Source of the DNA: Hypanus sabinus
Lineage: Eukaryota
NCBI RefSeq assembly: GCF_030144855.1
Contig: NC_082721.1
Span: 43,710,001 to 43,774,000, forward strand
Length of the DNA: 64,000 nucleotides
Direction: 5' to 3'
Within the stretch, counting starts at the first letter, position 1. Each line of letters begins with the position of its first letter. The notes below the pieces were generated by a model, which saw only the letters and a program-made list of their open reading frames with translations, did no database searches and was not told where the DNA came from. Below are positions 12,563-25,621 of this stretch, piece by piece. A program made the position numbers and the translations under genes.

Positions 12563-13190
12563 TTGGCTTAAGTCCTAACAATGGCTGGAAATGGCGGGCA
12601 GAGAGCAGCTGCTAATGGCTGCACAAGAACAGATGATGAGCAAAAGAGTATTAGAAGCAGGGGTCTATTACATCAGAAAAGACCCGAGATGCAGACTGCG
12701 CAAGGAATTCGCTGAAACCATCCAGCACACAGCTGCAAGATGCAAGTGCACGCAGGGTCAGTATACACTGAATGGCACAACCAAATTGCAGTAATTATGT
12801 ACAGGAACATCTTTTCTGAGTATGGTTTGTGTGCTCCCAAGTCCAAATGGGAAAAATCTGAGAAGGTAGTGGTGAATGAGAGAGGTAAGATCCTGTGGGT
12901 CTTCCAAACACAGACAGATAAGCAGGTATTGGACAACTAATCAGTCATAGTAGTACTGGAGAAGAAACAGAAGAAAGCAATATTAATAGTTGTGGCAATC
13001 ACAAATGGCAGAATCATGGGAAGAAAGAAAATGAGAAGCTGGAAAAATACGGGGGCTTAAAAGAGAAGATAGATAGGATGAGGTATGGTAAAGCCAGAGC
13101 ATTCCCAGTGGTGATAGGAGCACTTGGGTTGTGACACCTGGACTGGGACAGTGGCACCAAAAAATTCCAGCAATAACATCTGTAAACTTA
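12563..13190 (+). mobile_element. R4-clade (Rex6/Dong-like) non-LTR retrotransposon fragment, zinc-knuckle/restriction-like endonuclease region
   Basis: LLMAAQEQ...DPRCRL..ETIQH and WHNQIAVIMYRNIFSEYGL..PKSKWE..VVVNERGKILWVFQTQTDKQV match the C-terminus of R4-clade ORFs; frameshifted. Confidence 0.8.
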
Positions 13191-15044
13191 TACACACATA
13201 CACACCACTCATAAGGGGTGAGAAAAATAAATATCCCTTATTGAAATTTATAGTTCATTATTATTATGAATTCTAATGTAGTGTTGATGTAAAACAACAA
13301 ATTTCATGACATATGAAAATGAAACTAAATACGAGTCTGATTATAAAACTTTTTCCTCATACAAAGAGTATAATTAAACACGTCAGGTTTTGGACAATAT
13401 TATTGTTTGCTTCCAGTGTTTCAATCATAAATATCATTCCTCACACCAGAGAAAGTGATATTTTTGAAAACACTAATATATTAATCGTATTTGACTCTAA
13501 TACTCCAACTAGACATCAATGAACTGTAGAATATTAAGACACTACATTCCAGTCACTGATAAAATTTAACCTAAACTTTAGGATCCTTCGAATAAAAAGA
13601 GGATTATAAAGCTATCACTATCACAAATCAGCTTAATCAAGTTGGACAAAATTTTGAATGGAAGAGGTCTATAATGTAACACAATGAGAAAGGATTCCAT
13701 GGGAAATTGGATGTTATTGAGCTGTGTCAATGTGCAAGAAACAAATCACTTTGATAATCAATTTTATGAATAAAAATGCCATGCCATTTCAAAAAGGAGC
13801 TTTGGTGAAGGTCATATCATCTGCTGTCTGAGTATGAAAATAGCAAACATCTGTGGCAGGATATAAGCTATTATTTTATGGAGAGGGACAGCCCAGTACA
13901 TTTACATTTGCATTTTCTGTCATATTATCCAAATATCAGAGTTTCTGTTCGACCTCATATTATTTTAAGAATTTGGCAAGGTCTTGACCTTTAAAGGGAC
14001 ATTATCTCTGGCACACTCCTTGAGATATGGCAGGGAGAAGAAGAATTGCTTCTGAAATTGTGCCATGTTAGTTGTCAAGAATAATTCACCCCACAGCTTT
14101 ATTCACTGAAATCGTTGGGAAGGAAACATCAATAAGGCCTGATGGTTTCACTGTGTGACAGTGAGTTCACCCTCATTACATTGCTAAAGGTTGGTTTCTT
14201 TTTCATTGAAATCAAAGGAATATAAAGATGAAGAGATTTGTAGAATATGGCATCTGTCCACTGCCATCTATGTTCCATCCGCTGGGTGATCACTTCTACC
14301 AGTGCGATCATTGACAAACCATTTAATCCATATCTTTTCAAGAGTGATTTAATTATTAACAACTGGATAATACATTAAAAGTGCAAAATGCATGATGATT
14401 GTAAGGCCTTGCCTGCTAGGAAAGGATTATTCTGAAAAAGGAAGAGCATATTTCAATTACTCCAAATTGTTTCCAGAAGTATCAGTTTGGAATCAATGAC
14501 ATTTAATAAGTGTGAATCTTGCACAGGATTTAGGGACCCTCACATTGTACACCACATTGACCAGAACTGCAAACAGTTTGAAGCAACCATGTCATTATTT
14601 GCTTAGTAAAGAAAGGAAGAAAACAGATAAGAAAGGATAAAATGTGAACTTAAGACAGAACAAAAATCAAACCCTTTAAAAATTTTGTGAAGATTCTTGA
14701 TTAAAAAAAATAAATCATAAGCACCTTCAAGCTCTACAGTGTAATTAATCTTTAACACTCAGGCTAAAGAAAACAGGCAGAGACAATAAGTAATAGACCT
14801 TCAAAGAGCTTACTTACATTATTACATCGTTCCTGACACATAAAAAGTTCTCCAGTGTAATTTCTCATTTACTTCATTGAAACTTTCCCCAAGTCCTTTT
14901 GAATTTCTTATGGCAAAATTAGCAATATATCAAATTCCTTGGAGAAAAGAACACCAAACACTCAGCAGGAATTTTTCTTCTGTTTTGTTTTCTCTCTCTC
15001 CCTCTCTGCTCCCTCCCCCGAGCCCACCCCTCCCTCTTTCTCTC

Positions 15045-15047
<3 letters not shown>

Positions 15048-15092
<45 letters not shown>
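15048..15092. repeat. (TC)n microsatellite
   Basis: About 22 TC units, read directly. Confidence 0.95.
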
Positions 15093-15101
<9 letters not shown>

Positions 15102-15160
15102 CTACTTCTCAAAAGTTCAGGAAAACTTTGATCTCATATCATTCATATACTGAGGGGGAA

Positions 15161-18100
15161 ATGGGGGAGCAGCTTAAAACAGAATTATCCACATTTTTAA
15201 GAGACACTAAGTTTCAGGTTTTAAACCAAAAGAATGATGGAAGTTGTTGATGACGTTAACTCACATTCAAACATACCCCACATCAGCCAGAACAGCAGCA
15301 GCCTGAAGATTAAATAGCTTTGACTATAGTGAGATGGTTCGCTGTCAAGGAAGGTACACAGATTATCCGTGTATGGAAAGCAGCAGAAGATTTGACCAAA
15401 TAAATGAATAATGTGAAGAAAACTCACTGGAAGTCAGTTTAACGTGTGTGGTATTGAACTGAAGCTTCATTCTACACCTGCTTCATTTCTCTGCTCTTTT
15501 GACTGCAATAGAAATGGAAACAGGCTTAGAAAATGGAATGGGACTGAATTCACCACCGCCAAATTAAACTAAAGTTCAGATTAACATTTCCTTCCACCCA
15601 ATTTCAATGAATGAAACTGTGGAGTGGTTACTCAAACACCCAACATGGCAAAATTTCTGAAACGATACTCTTTCTGACTGTCACAATTCAGGGAGAGCAA
15701 TGACGATGATGTCCCTTTAAAGAGTTGGTGTCTGATAGATTGTTAAAATAAAAATAAGTAGAACAGAAACTATGATATTTGGGTAATGTTGTATAAAAAG
15801 CAGATGGTAATGTCTTGTCTCAGTTGTGGCCAGCCCCAGCCTTAAAATAACAGCTCATTTCCTGCTGGGGCTGCAGATGATTTTTTGCAAATGGCTAAAC
15901 CAGGTAGCTTTAAATCGGTTTGCTGGACAGCATAACGCAAAGGGCTATGAGGTCAGTTCCACACTGTCAGTCTAAACAAATAAAAATAATTAAATTAGGT
16001 AGGCAGAAACTAGATAGACAGATGCATGTGTGTGTTTCTTTGCTGACCAGCATTGGCCTGCCAAAGACATGTAGTTGCATGGCATGAGCAGCTTCTCCTT
16101 GCATAATCGCAGAAGGACTCTGGTGTCGAGCAATCACCAATGTGTCCTATGTGTTCCGAGAACTAACTTGTAGTGCCAATTGATCTGCCAGCCTTGGAGC
16201 ACTGCAATGGGGTCCTCCAGTCTTGTTGCAGATTATGCAGTCAATGATCTCAAGTCTTTAATTTAAAAAGCACAATGTTCTCCTCGGGCAGGTGTGAGAT
16301 AGCTTATATAAATTCCATCTTCTTGGGCAGGGGCCTTTTATGAGCACTGGCTTAATGAGAGGAGGATGCTTCAGTGTATTCTGAATTAAAGTTGTTTTTT
16401 GCCAAGAATGATGAGGAGGGTATTCTTTCATCCTGCAAGGGACTCAGACTCCTCCAGTTGCATCTTGGGCTGCGATCCATGGCTGACTATTCCAGTGATT
16501 GCGAATCCTAATGACAGAAAGTAGGTTTTGGTTGCTCTTTTAGCTGGGGATGTCATCACCAGCTAAAAGACATTCTTGCAACCAGGGTTTAGTCGAGGAT
16601 CTGCAGGAATTTATGGGCATCAACATAAAAATCTACAACCATATTTCTGAAAGAAGGCCGGACAGACATGCCGATTTCACCCAGAAGGCCTGTTCTTAGA
16701 ATTGCCCAATGACTACCTCTGTTTCTCAATCCGATAACAAATGCAGAACCCCACAAACATCTCTAGAAGATTCCATGCAACTTTGAAGAACCTGCGTCTC
16801 CAAGCAGAATGTGAAGGACGTATGAGGCAGTGGTGTTGCTGATACTGTGGAAAAGCCTGCAGCAAGTCAGCTATGATCCACTGAGGAAAGAACTGAAACA
16901 CTGTCAAGCTTTTTTCCCATTTTGTCAAGTCCTGGAGTGATCTTCCCATCCCTGTTATCTTGGGGGAGACACAAGACTTCTGTGAGAGCATTGGCAGCCT
17001 CTGGTTCGGTGATAATTTTATTGGACACCAGACTAGCAGAGGAAATCCAGATTCCTAAGGTATACTTCAACCAACCCACCTCTGCTATGGCCTTGGGTAA
17101 TATATCGTTGGAAGCTAGACATATCTATTATCTTGCCATCTCTCTCAGGTTGACTATTGGAAGTCACGAGAAGATGATTAATTTCCATCTTATTCATTGC
17201 TAGTGCATTCCCCATATCATTGGTTACAGTGCCAACAAAAGGTATACAACCCAACTGGAAGTTTTCACATTTTATTGTTTTACAACATTGAATCACAGTG
17301 AACTGAATTTGGCTTTTTTAACACTGATCAACAGAAAAAAAGACTATTTTGTGTCAAAGTGAAAACAGATCTCTACAAAGTGATCTAACTCAATTGAAAA
17401 TATAAAACAAAATAATTGGCTGCAACAAGAGAAAATCTGCAGATGCTAGAAATCAAAGCAACACACACAAAATGCTGGAGGAACTAAGCAGCCCAGGCAG
17501 CATTTATGGAAAAAATTACAGTTGATGTTTCAAGCTGAGACCTTTGGCTGGACTGGAGAAAAAAGATCAGGACCAGATTTAAGACATGGAATGGGTGGGT
17601 GGGTGGGTGGAAGTGGAGTGAGAAAAAGTAAGGTGATAGGTGAAAGCATGAGGCGAGCAATGAAGTCTCTTGTGAAAGAGACACAGGGCAGGAGAAGGTG
17701 GGAACTGATAGGAGAGGACAGTAGGCCATGGAAGAAGGAAAATGGGGGGAAGAGCACCAGAGGGAAGTGATGAGCAGGCAGAAAATAAGAAATAAGGTAA
17801 TAGAGGGAAACGGGAATGGGGATTGGGAAGCAGAGAGTGCAGTCATTCCCTGTGCTTTGAGAAATTCATGTTCATGTCATCAGGTTGGAAGCTACCAAGA
17901 CTGAATACAAGGGGTTGTTCCTCCAACCTTAGTGAAGCCTCATTGTGACAGTAGATGAGGCCATGGATTGAAGTATCAAAATAGGAATCGGAAGTAGAGG
18001 TAAAATGGTTGACCTGCTTCTTCTGGCTGATAGAGCTTAGGTGCTCGGCAAAGCAGTCTCCCAATCTACATCAGGTCTCACCAATATACGGGATGCCACA

Positions 18101-20873
18101 CAAGACAGACAGACAGACAGACATACTTTATTGATCCCGAAGGAAATTGGGTTTTGTTACAGCCGCACTAACCAAGAATATTGAAGAAATATTGCAATAT
18201 AAAACCATAAATAATTGAATAATAAGTTCATCATGCCAAGTGGAAATAAGTGCAGGACCAACCTATTGGCACAGGGTGTCTGGATCTCCAAGGCAGGAGT
18301 TGTAAAGTTTGATGGGCACAGGTAAGAATGACTTCCTATGACGCTCAGTGTTACATCTCGGTGGAATGAGTCTCTGGTTGAATGTACTCCTGTGCCTAAC
18401 CAGTACATTATGGAATGGATGGGAATCATTGTCCAAGATGGCTTGCAACTTGGGCAGCATCTTCTTTTCAGACACCACTGTCAGAGAGTTCAGTTCCACC
18501 CCCACAACATCACTGGCCTTACGAATAAGTTTGTTGATACTGTTGGTGTCTGCTACCCTGAACCTGCTGCCCCAGCACCCAACAGCAAAATCTGCTGGAA
18601 AAGGAACACCAAAATCAATATATCACCAAAATTGAGGATGGCCTGCTTCAAGCAGATTAACAGCTGTGCCATATTCTTTCCATTTCTTAATGATTGACTT
18701 AACCGTACTCCAAGTGACATTCAGTGACTTGGACATTTTCTTGTATCCACTTCCTGACAATGCTTTTCAATAACAATATTGCGGAGTTGCTTGGAGTATA
18801 CTTTTCTCTTCATTGTGTACGTTTTGTCAGGATACTGACTCACCAGCAGTTGGACCTTCTAGATGCAAATGTATTTTACTACAGTCAATTGTAACATTTT
18901 GACTATACACAGGTGATGTCCAGTTAACTGATTATGTGACTTCTAAAACCAATTGGCTGCACCAGTGATGATTTGGTGTGTCATATTAAATTCGGTAAAT
19001 AATTACTCTATCAAGTATTTTGTGTGTAACATGTTGTAAGGTTTCACTGATAACATAATGGTTTCTCTGTAGCAGCAATGTTTGTTTTATCTACAGATAA
19101 TGGGATTTGCAATGCTATTGTCCTTTCTGTGAGTTTGGAAGAGAGCTTTTTATAGTCTTTGGTTGGATAGAGGAGAAGAAGGAAGACGCATGTGGAGAGA
19201 GCTGGAGGACCACCAGACAGAGTGGACTGACAGCGAGGGTCGGAAGAGGTGAATGGTTGACGAATGGCTGTATTTGTGATTTCCAACATGAAGATTTGAT
19301 TACTCTCTTAAAATGGGGCCCTGGGAGTTGTGGAGTGACAAACTTATGTTTGTGGCAGGATCTCTATGTTTACCTGTTGGAAGTATTTTAGAAGTTGCAA
19401 ATGGACCTGTCAACAGTAAACAGTGCAAAGCCATGTCTGAGTTTCTAACATTCATTGGAAGCATTCCTTGTGTTTCTACCTGGCATTCACAAATTAATAA
19501 TGACTCTCTCTGAAGAAGAGTCCAGTTTTGCAATAAGCTGTCAATAATAAGTACCTAATTCAGTACACTTTTTTATCTGGCTTTCAGGCTATATGAACCT
19601 GTCATAGAAGCCATAAAGGATTTGCCAATTCCAAGTGAGGAAAAACTAAATCAGCCACTGAATCAGAATGTCTGAATGTCACAAAAATGCATTGGAACCT
19701 TTGTACTCAAGACTTGCAGCAAGATCAGATACAGGAAAGAGAAGACTGGAGGATCTTGGTAACACCTACAACATAAACAGTGTCATTCATGTCTTTATCA
19801 TGGCTTCTGACTTTGGATATGCTGTTATGCTACTCAAGGGGAGTGATTTACAGTTATTAATGATGAAATTTCAATGGTCATTTGCTATCCTAGAATACAG
19901 CTAGAGACCTGCCATCTCTCCCAGCAGCCTGAAGAAAGCTTTATCTCCTCATTTCATTTTTCAATCTTTTTATTGATTTCCTAGTAAAGAATATACAAAT
20001 CAGAGGAGAAGTTTAACAAACAAATAATACAAAAGAGATATAAACAGCATTAAAAAGTATATATTATCAAAATCTGTTAGGTAAAATGTTGCACTGTTAT
20101 ATATACAACATAATAAAAAAAAACCACAACTTCTCCTAACAGTCGTAAAAAAAAAGATTGGAAATTTTATTTAATAAAGAAAAAAACCCACTAACTAAAC
20201 TAAAACAAAAAAAAGCAAGAAAAGAAAGATTGGGCAGTCCATCTGAGGATAAAATTAGAGGAAAGAGAAAGAGAGAGAGAAAAAACATCCTTCCAGTCAT
20301 GTCCGAACCTTCCCGGATAAGGACTTCCCCTTGAGCTCTATCTCCTCCATTGTTTAATCAATGGGTGTGCCATGCCTGTTCAGAGTAAATAAGATATCTA
20401 TGGGAAAGCTACATGAAGAAAAGACTTATAAAGGAATTCTCATAGGCAGAGATATTCAAGTAGTGAACCTGATATAGAAAATCGAGGTCCAGAAAAAATC
20501 ATTAACAGAATGAATGTTCGGTTTGGATCATTTGTCATTGTTGTTGTAATGCTTCCTTCCAAGAAGAAGCCATTACAAATCTACCCCTAGCATATGCACC
20601 ACCTAACAAAGTTCTACAAATATATGATCATTCAAATGACCCTTATATTTCCGTGAGGATACTAATACGGATAATGCTGCATCACTAGCTGAGCAATGAC
20701 ACATGACTGCCAAGACTCCAAATAAACAGACACAAATAAAATATAGGAAATGTTCACTCTTGGTAACATTTGAAATAATGTTCCATGGAACAGGTAAATA
20801 GGAGACTGCAGCATCTAGAATTAGTTCCTTTTCACAGAATTATTTTGCAATGGCCTCCCGGGGAAGAGAATAA
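15161..20873 (+). CDS. Candidate multi-exon gene for a ~105-aa single-pass (type III) membrane protein with a Cys/Tyr-containing tail
   Basis: Hand-built exons 15161-15217, 19097-19128, 19359-19415, 19588-19634, 20564-20652, 20838-20873. All introns are GT-AG, all phases are compatible and there is no internal stop. Core exons 2-4 are best supported; the exon 1 donor (CAG/GTTTTA) is weak. Not recognised as a known gene. Confidence 0.5.
16030..17010 (-). mobile_element. Highly decayed LINE (RTE-like endonuclease region)
   Basis: Remnant LLIILG-type and SDH-type endonuclease motifs in broken frames. Confidence 0.4.
17423..18100 (-). mobile_element. Penelope-like element, GIY-YIG 3' end plus pseudo-LTR
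   Basis: YIGET..RLGDCFAEHL...LRLEEQPLVFSLGSFQPDDMNMNFS. Terminal CAACACACACAAAATGCTGGAGGAACT repeat. Confidence 0.8.
18101..18590 (-). mobile_element. Rex1/Babar LINE 3' fragment with (TGTC)n tail
   Basis: ORF 18263-18505 contains RLIPPRCNTERHRKSFLPVPIKLYNS. GACA tandem repeat at 18103-18123. Confidence 0.8.
19945..20320 (-). mobile_element. L1/Tx1-like 3' UTR and A-rich tail
   Basis: T-rich end TTTCATTTTTCAATCTTTTTATTG; composition matches the 3' ends of the longer L1-clade copies in this window. Confidence 0.5.
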
Positions 20874-23800
20874 GTGACTTGGCAAATTGTAAATCAGTGT
20901 ATGTCCTCATCAACACCTGAATCTGTCCTTCCAAATTAGGCTCGATGAGCATTTCACTGTGTTCCAACAGAAATGCTATCAGGTGTTAACAAATATGATC
21001 ATCATTTAAGGGCAGTTTAGAAGTATATGATAACAATGGTGAAATTGGCAAGTTTTTCATGAAATCAGGATACAGTACTGATGTATTGTCAATGTAATGG
21101 AAAAAGTTGGGGATGGATGCCTGAATATTTTTTCGAATAAGAGCTGTCCCATATAGCCAACAAAAACAGAGGCATAGCTAGGCCCATGTGAGTATTTATG
21201 GTTTTGAACTTCTTGAGTGTGTTGAAGCTGCTCTCATCCAAACAACTGGAAAGCATTCCATTGCATGGCTGACTTGAGCCTTGCAGGGGGTGTTCAAGAT
21301 TTGCTGAGTTAGGAGGTGTGTTAATGCCTGTGGTATGAAGCCCTCTGTGTCAAATGCTTTAATTCCTATTCTGTCCACCTGTGACTACACTTTCAGTAAA
21401 ACTGGTATTCTAAGACACCTCTGTTCAACAGCTCTTCCCAGAACCCTGCCATTTATGGGAAAATCCTAACGCGATTTGATCTTGCAAAATGCAATGCCTT
21501 GCCCTTATCCAAATTAAACTCCATTTGACATTCTCCATCTCCCTTTAATTTATAATGACCTTCTTCATTGTCTATCTACTACACCACATATTTTACTGTC
21601 AGCTGCAAACTTATTCATCATGTCTTGTATGTTATTATTCCGGTTGTTGATAGAGATGCTGAACATCAATGGGTACCAGACTGAGAAAGAATTATCCACC
21701 TTGATTGCTCCCTCTGCTTTTTTTGATCAAGCCAATTGAATCATCAATTTGACAGTTCTTACTGTTTACATGTGATCCATCCTTCCAAAGCAGCCTAACA
21801 AGTGAACATTAAGACTTTAAGCAGGTCACATAAATCTCATCTAGGGCTCTGTCCTCACTGGCTTTCAGATATTGCATAATCTAAAATCTCAATCAAGTTT
21901 GTAAGACACAATCGTTCATGCACAAAACCATGCTAATGCCTCTAATCAACCAATGTGTGGAGGATCACAGCCTGAAATGCTGACTATATTCTTTTGTGAT
22001 GATGCTACTTGGCTGGCTGAGTTCCTCTAACATTTTGTGTGTTCTGCTTGGATTTCCAGCTTCTGAGATTTTCACTTTTTCATGTCTTGCAATATGTGTG
22101 CATATCTCATCCCTCAGTATGTTCTCTAGGATTTACCTGCCCCAGATGTTAGACTAACTAGTCGATAGTTCCCAATATTCTTTGCCATCCTTTTTCTGTA
22201 TATGCACAATGTTTGCTACCATCCAGACCCTTAGCAGCACTTGACTGTGGCAAACAATAAAGCAAATATCTGAACAATGGCTCCTAATTTCTTCTCCAGC
22301 CAGCCACATTGCTGTTGGAAATAGCTGGTCTGGCCCTAGGGATCTGTCAACCTCCACACATTTTAGAAAATCTAACAAAGATGGATTTTTGCAGTTCTAT
22401 TCCCCGGAAAACAATAGAAGCCAACCCATTGAATAGATTTGTGGCTGCGACTGGCTAGATCTTCAGTGGAAACCCAATAATCAGATCACATCAAGAAAGT
22501 GTCGTTCAGGCCAAGATCATGTTACTGTGGCCTGAATAAATGATGGGGCAGGAAGGAGTGGTCATATGGACTGGTCCTGTCACCATCATCAGTGTTCTTT
22601 TGCTCAGGGAGATTGATGATCAGTTTCAGGTCATGAGGAGACAATCTGTGTGAGAACATGTTTCGTGACCACGTTTGTTTCTAACATCAATGAACACAGC
22701 CTTAAATTTCACTCATGCACACATATGCATTATCTCAATTCCAGTCAGACCCTAGCTGCAGGTTTCTCTTGTCTCTTGCTCAACACTTCAACAGACTCAG
22801 GCCTGATTTGTTCTTGGCCTCAACTCCATCAAGCCCAATGTTTCCTGCACAATTTCAACTTTCTACAGAGCAACAACTAGTTCAGACGCAAGTATATTCA
22901 ATGTCTACACCTCCATAGATCTCTGAGGTGGAGAATCCAGGGTTCTGGAGCCCTGAAGAAGAGAAATCCTTGCAAAGCTTCTACATTACTGGGGCACCCT
23001 TTGTAATGAAACTGAATGGCTCGGGAGAGAATCTGGGATCTGGTAGTGAGATGACCTCTCAGCCTGTATTCCTTTCCTGCTCTTATATAATCAGTTCTTA
23101 TGAAATGTCTAAGTTGCCTGTTTCTATCATGATTCCATCATTCCCTACTGGTAGCTGAGTTACAAGCACTTTTTCTCAACACTGTGTCTGTGCTTAAATT
23201 AACCAAAAATGAAGAGTTTCGTAGGTAGGCACATGAATTTGCAGAGAAGGAAGACATATGAACAGTGTGCAGGCAGAAAGGAATTGCTTTGTTTGGCAAT
23301 AATTAACCTCGTGGCTCAAAAGGCCTGTCATGTTCTGTACTATTCTCTCTCTTTCTTTCCTATCATTACAGACACTATGGATTCACTGATTTATGTCCTG
23401 GGTTTGCATTATCCAGTGGATAATCGTTAATGAATACTAATGATGCAGTGTGCTTTAGCTTCATTTAGGAGAAATACCCCACTGGAGTTAATTATTTAAT
23501 TACATTCCCCCAGAAACTATTATCCTGAATGTCCTTGCAGCCTAGGATATATCAATAGCAACCAGTACAGTTCTCCATGTTATAAACAGCTGTGAAATCT
23601 GTCTTTTAGCAGTTTGGAACAAAGTGGAGTAGAGTAAAGCTGCTGTCATTCCTCTCCCCTCACTGACTTCCAATTGTTATCTACAATTGATCAGCCCACT
23701 GGTTTGGACTTCAGCTGCATTTTTCAAATGGTGCAGAGTAAACTAGAACTCACTAGTTCCAGGGCTGCACAGTCTCCCATTTATTCTCATCTACTTCCTA

Positions 23801-25020
23801 CAGAAGCAGTGGGTCATGCTTTGAGAGTATCAGCACAAGAATGCCTCGGTAGCATGTGAGCGGTGTCATACAGTGCTGATATCTCACAGCTTCAGTGACC
23901 TAGATTTGATCCCAAGCTTGTCCATGTGAAGTTTTTATGTTATCTCTGTGACTACTTGAGTTTCCCACTGATGCTCTATTTTCCTTGCACTGTGCAGATA
24001 TTTTCCAGTAAGGTTTCCCTTTGTGTATTTAAACAACAGACAAATCAAAGAGAGTTTGATGGTATATATTTGCTAGGACCACCAGTGTGGTAATCTCAGG
24101 ATTGCTTCCTGAGCCACAAGGGCAAGAATAGCACAATCAGGTGTATTAATATGTGGCTCAGAGACTGGTGTAGGGGGCAGGGCTTCAGATAACTGGATCA
24201 ATGGGGCCTCTTCTGGGGGAGATATGACCTGTACAAAAAGGATGGGTTGCATCTGAACCCAAAGGGGTCCAATATGCTAGTGGGCACATTTAATAGAGCT
24301 GTTAGGGAGGGTTTAAACTAATTTGGCAGAGGGATGGGAACCGGAGTGATAGGGTTGAGGAAGGGGAAAACAGAAATAAATCAAAGATAGCATGCAACGG
24401 AGAATATAGTAAGAACAGGCAGGAGATGGGACTTAATCACAGCCAGTGGCATGAGTTACAGGGCAATAGAGGTGTGGTGCATTTAAAGCAGAAAGCCACA
24501 AATCCTGGACTGAAAGTGTTATATTTGAATGCACGCATCATAAGATATAAAATGGACAATCTTGAAATTCAGCTACAGATTGGCAAATATGATGTTGTGG
24601 CCATCTCTGAAACTTGGCAAAATGATGACTGCCATTGGGAGCTGAACATCAAAGGATATACGATGTATCAGAAAGGTAACTTAGTAGGCAGAGGGGCTGG
24701 TGTAGCTCTTTGTGAAAGAAATAATATTAGATCATCAGAAAGAGATGACATAGGATTGGAAGGTGTCGAGCCTATATGGGTTGGCAAGGGTAAATGGACC
24801 CTAATGACAGTTGTATACTACTCTTCAAACAGTAGCCAGGATGTGGATTAGAAATTGCAACAGGAAATGGAAACAACATGTCAGAACGGCAATGTCTTAT
24901 AATCGTTGGGGATTTTAACATGAAAGTAGATTGGAAAAACCAGGTCAGTACTTCACCTCAAGAGAAAGAATTTGTGGAATGTCTAAGGGATGCCTTTTTA
25001 GAACAGCTTGTTGTTGAATC

Positions 25021-25621
25021 GCATAAAGTTGGATTGCAGGTACAGCAGGTTATTAAGAAGGCAAACTAAATGTTGGCCTTCATTACTAAAGGGACTGAAT
25101 TCAAGAGCAGGGAGGTCATGCTGCAACTATACAGTGTACTGGTGAGGCCACACCTGGAGTACTGTGTGCAGTTCTGTTCTCTGTACTTGAGGAAGGATAT
25201 ACTGGCTTTGGAGGCACTGCAGAAGAGGTTCACCTGCTTGATTCCAGTGATGAAAGCGTTAACCTATGAGAAGAGATTGAGTCACCTGGGGCTATACTCC
25301 CTGGAATGCAGAAGAATAAGAGGGGATCTTATAGAAAAATACAAACTTTTGAAAGGGATAGATAAGATAGAAGTAGGAAAGTTGTTTCCATTGGTAGGTG
25401 AGACTAGAACTTGGGGACATTGCCTCAAGATTCAGCGGAGAAGATTTAGGACAGAGATGAGGAGAAACCGTGTTCTCAGTGAGTGGTGAATCTGCAGAAT
25501 TCTCTGCCCAGGGAAACAGTTGCTGCGTCTTCACTATGTATATTTAAGATATAGTTAGATAGATTTTTACATAGTGGGGGAATTAAGGGTTATGGGGAAA
25601 AGACAGGTAGGTGGAGCTGAG
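25021..25621 (+). mobile_element. CR1-like 3' fragment nested in the host CR1 endonuclease region
   Basis: Abrupt jump from endonuclease sequence to C-terminal RT (LYSVLVRPHLEYCVQF) and 3' UTR, after which the host EN-RT linker resumes at 25622. Confidence 0.75.

Larger units (their letters stand above)
17227..19035 (-). mobile_element. Tc1-like DNA transposon remnant carrying two retroelement insertions
   Basis: TA/CAGTGCC terminus at 17225-17233 followed by a long TIR. Transposase HTH peptide SGYKKMSKSLNVTWSTVKSIIKKWKEYGTAVNL on the minus strand at about 18630-18770. The other TIR is partial near 18950-19035. Confidence 0.8.

Noticed and set aside
14818-14832. 15-nt minus-strand micro-exon with strong splice sites
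   Set aside because: No partner exons were found; such matches occur by chance in AT-rich DNA.
14877-15131. ORFs with SLSLSL/ERERER runs (and HTHT/CVCV ORFs at 34773-35125)
   Set aside because: Translations of microsatellites.
15429-15504. 76-nt minus-strand segment with a good acceptor and a GTGAGT donor
   Set aside because: Stops in all three frames and no supporting gene model.
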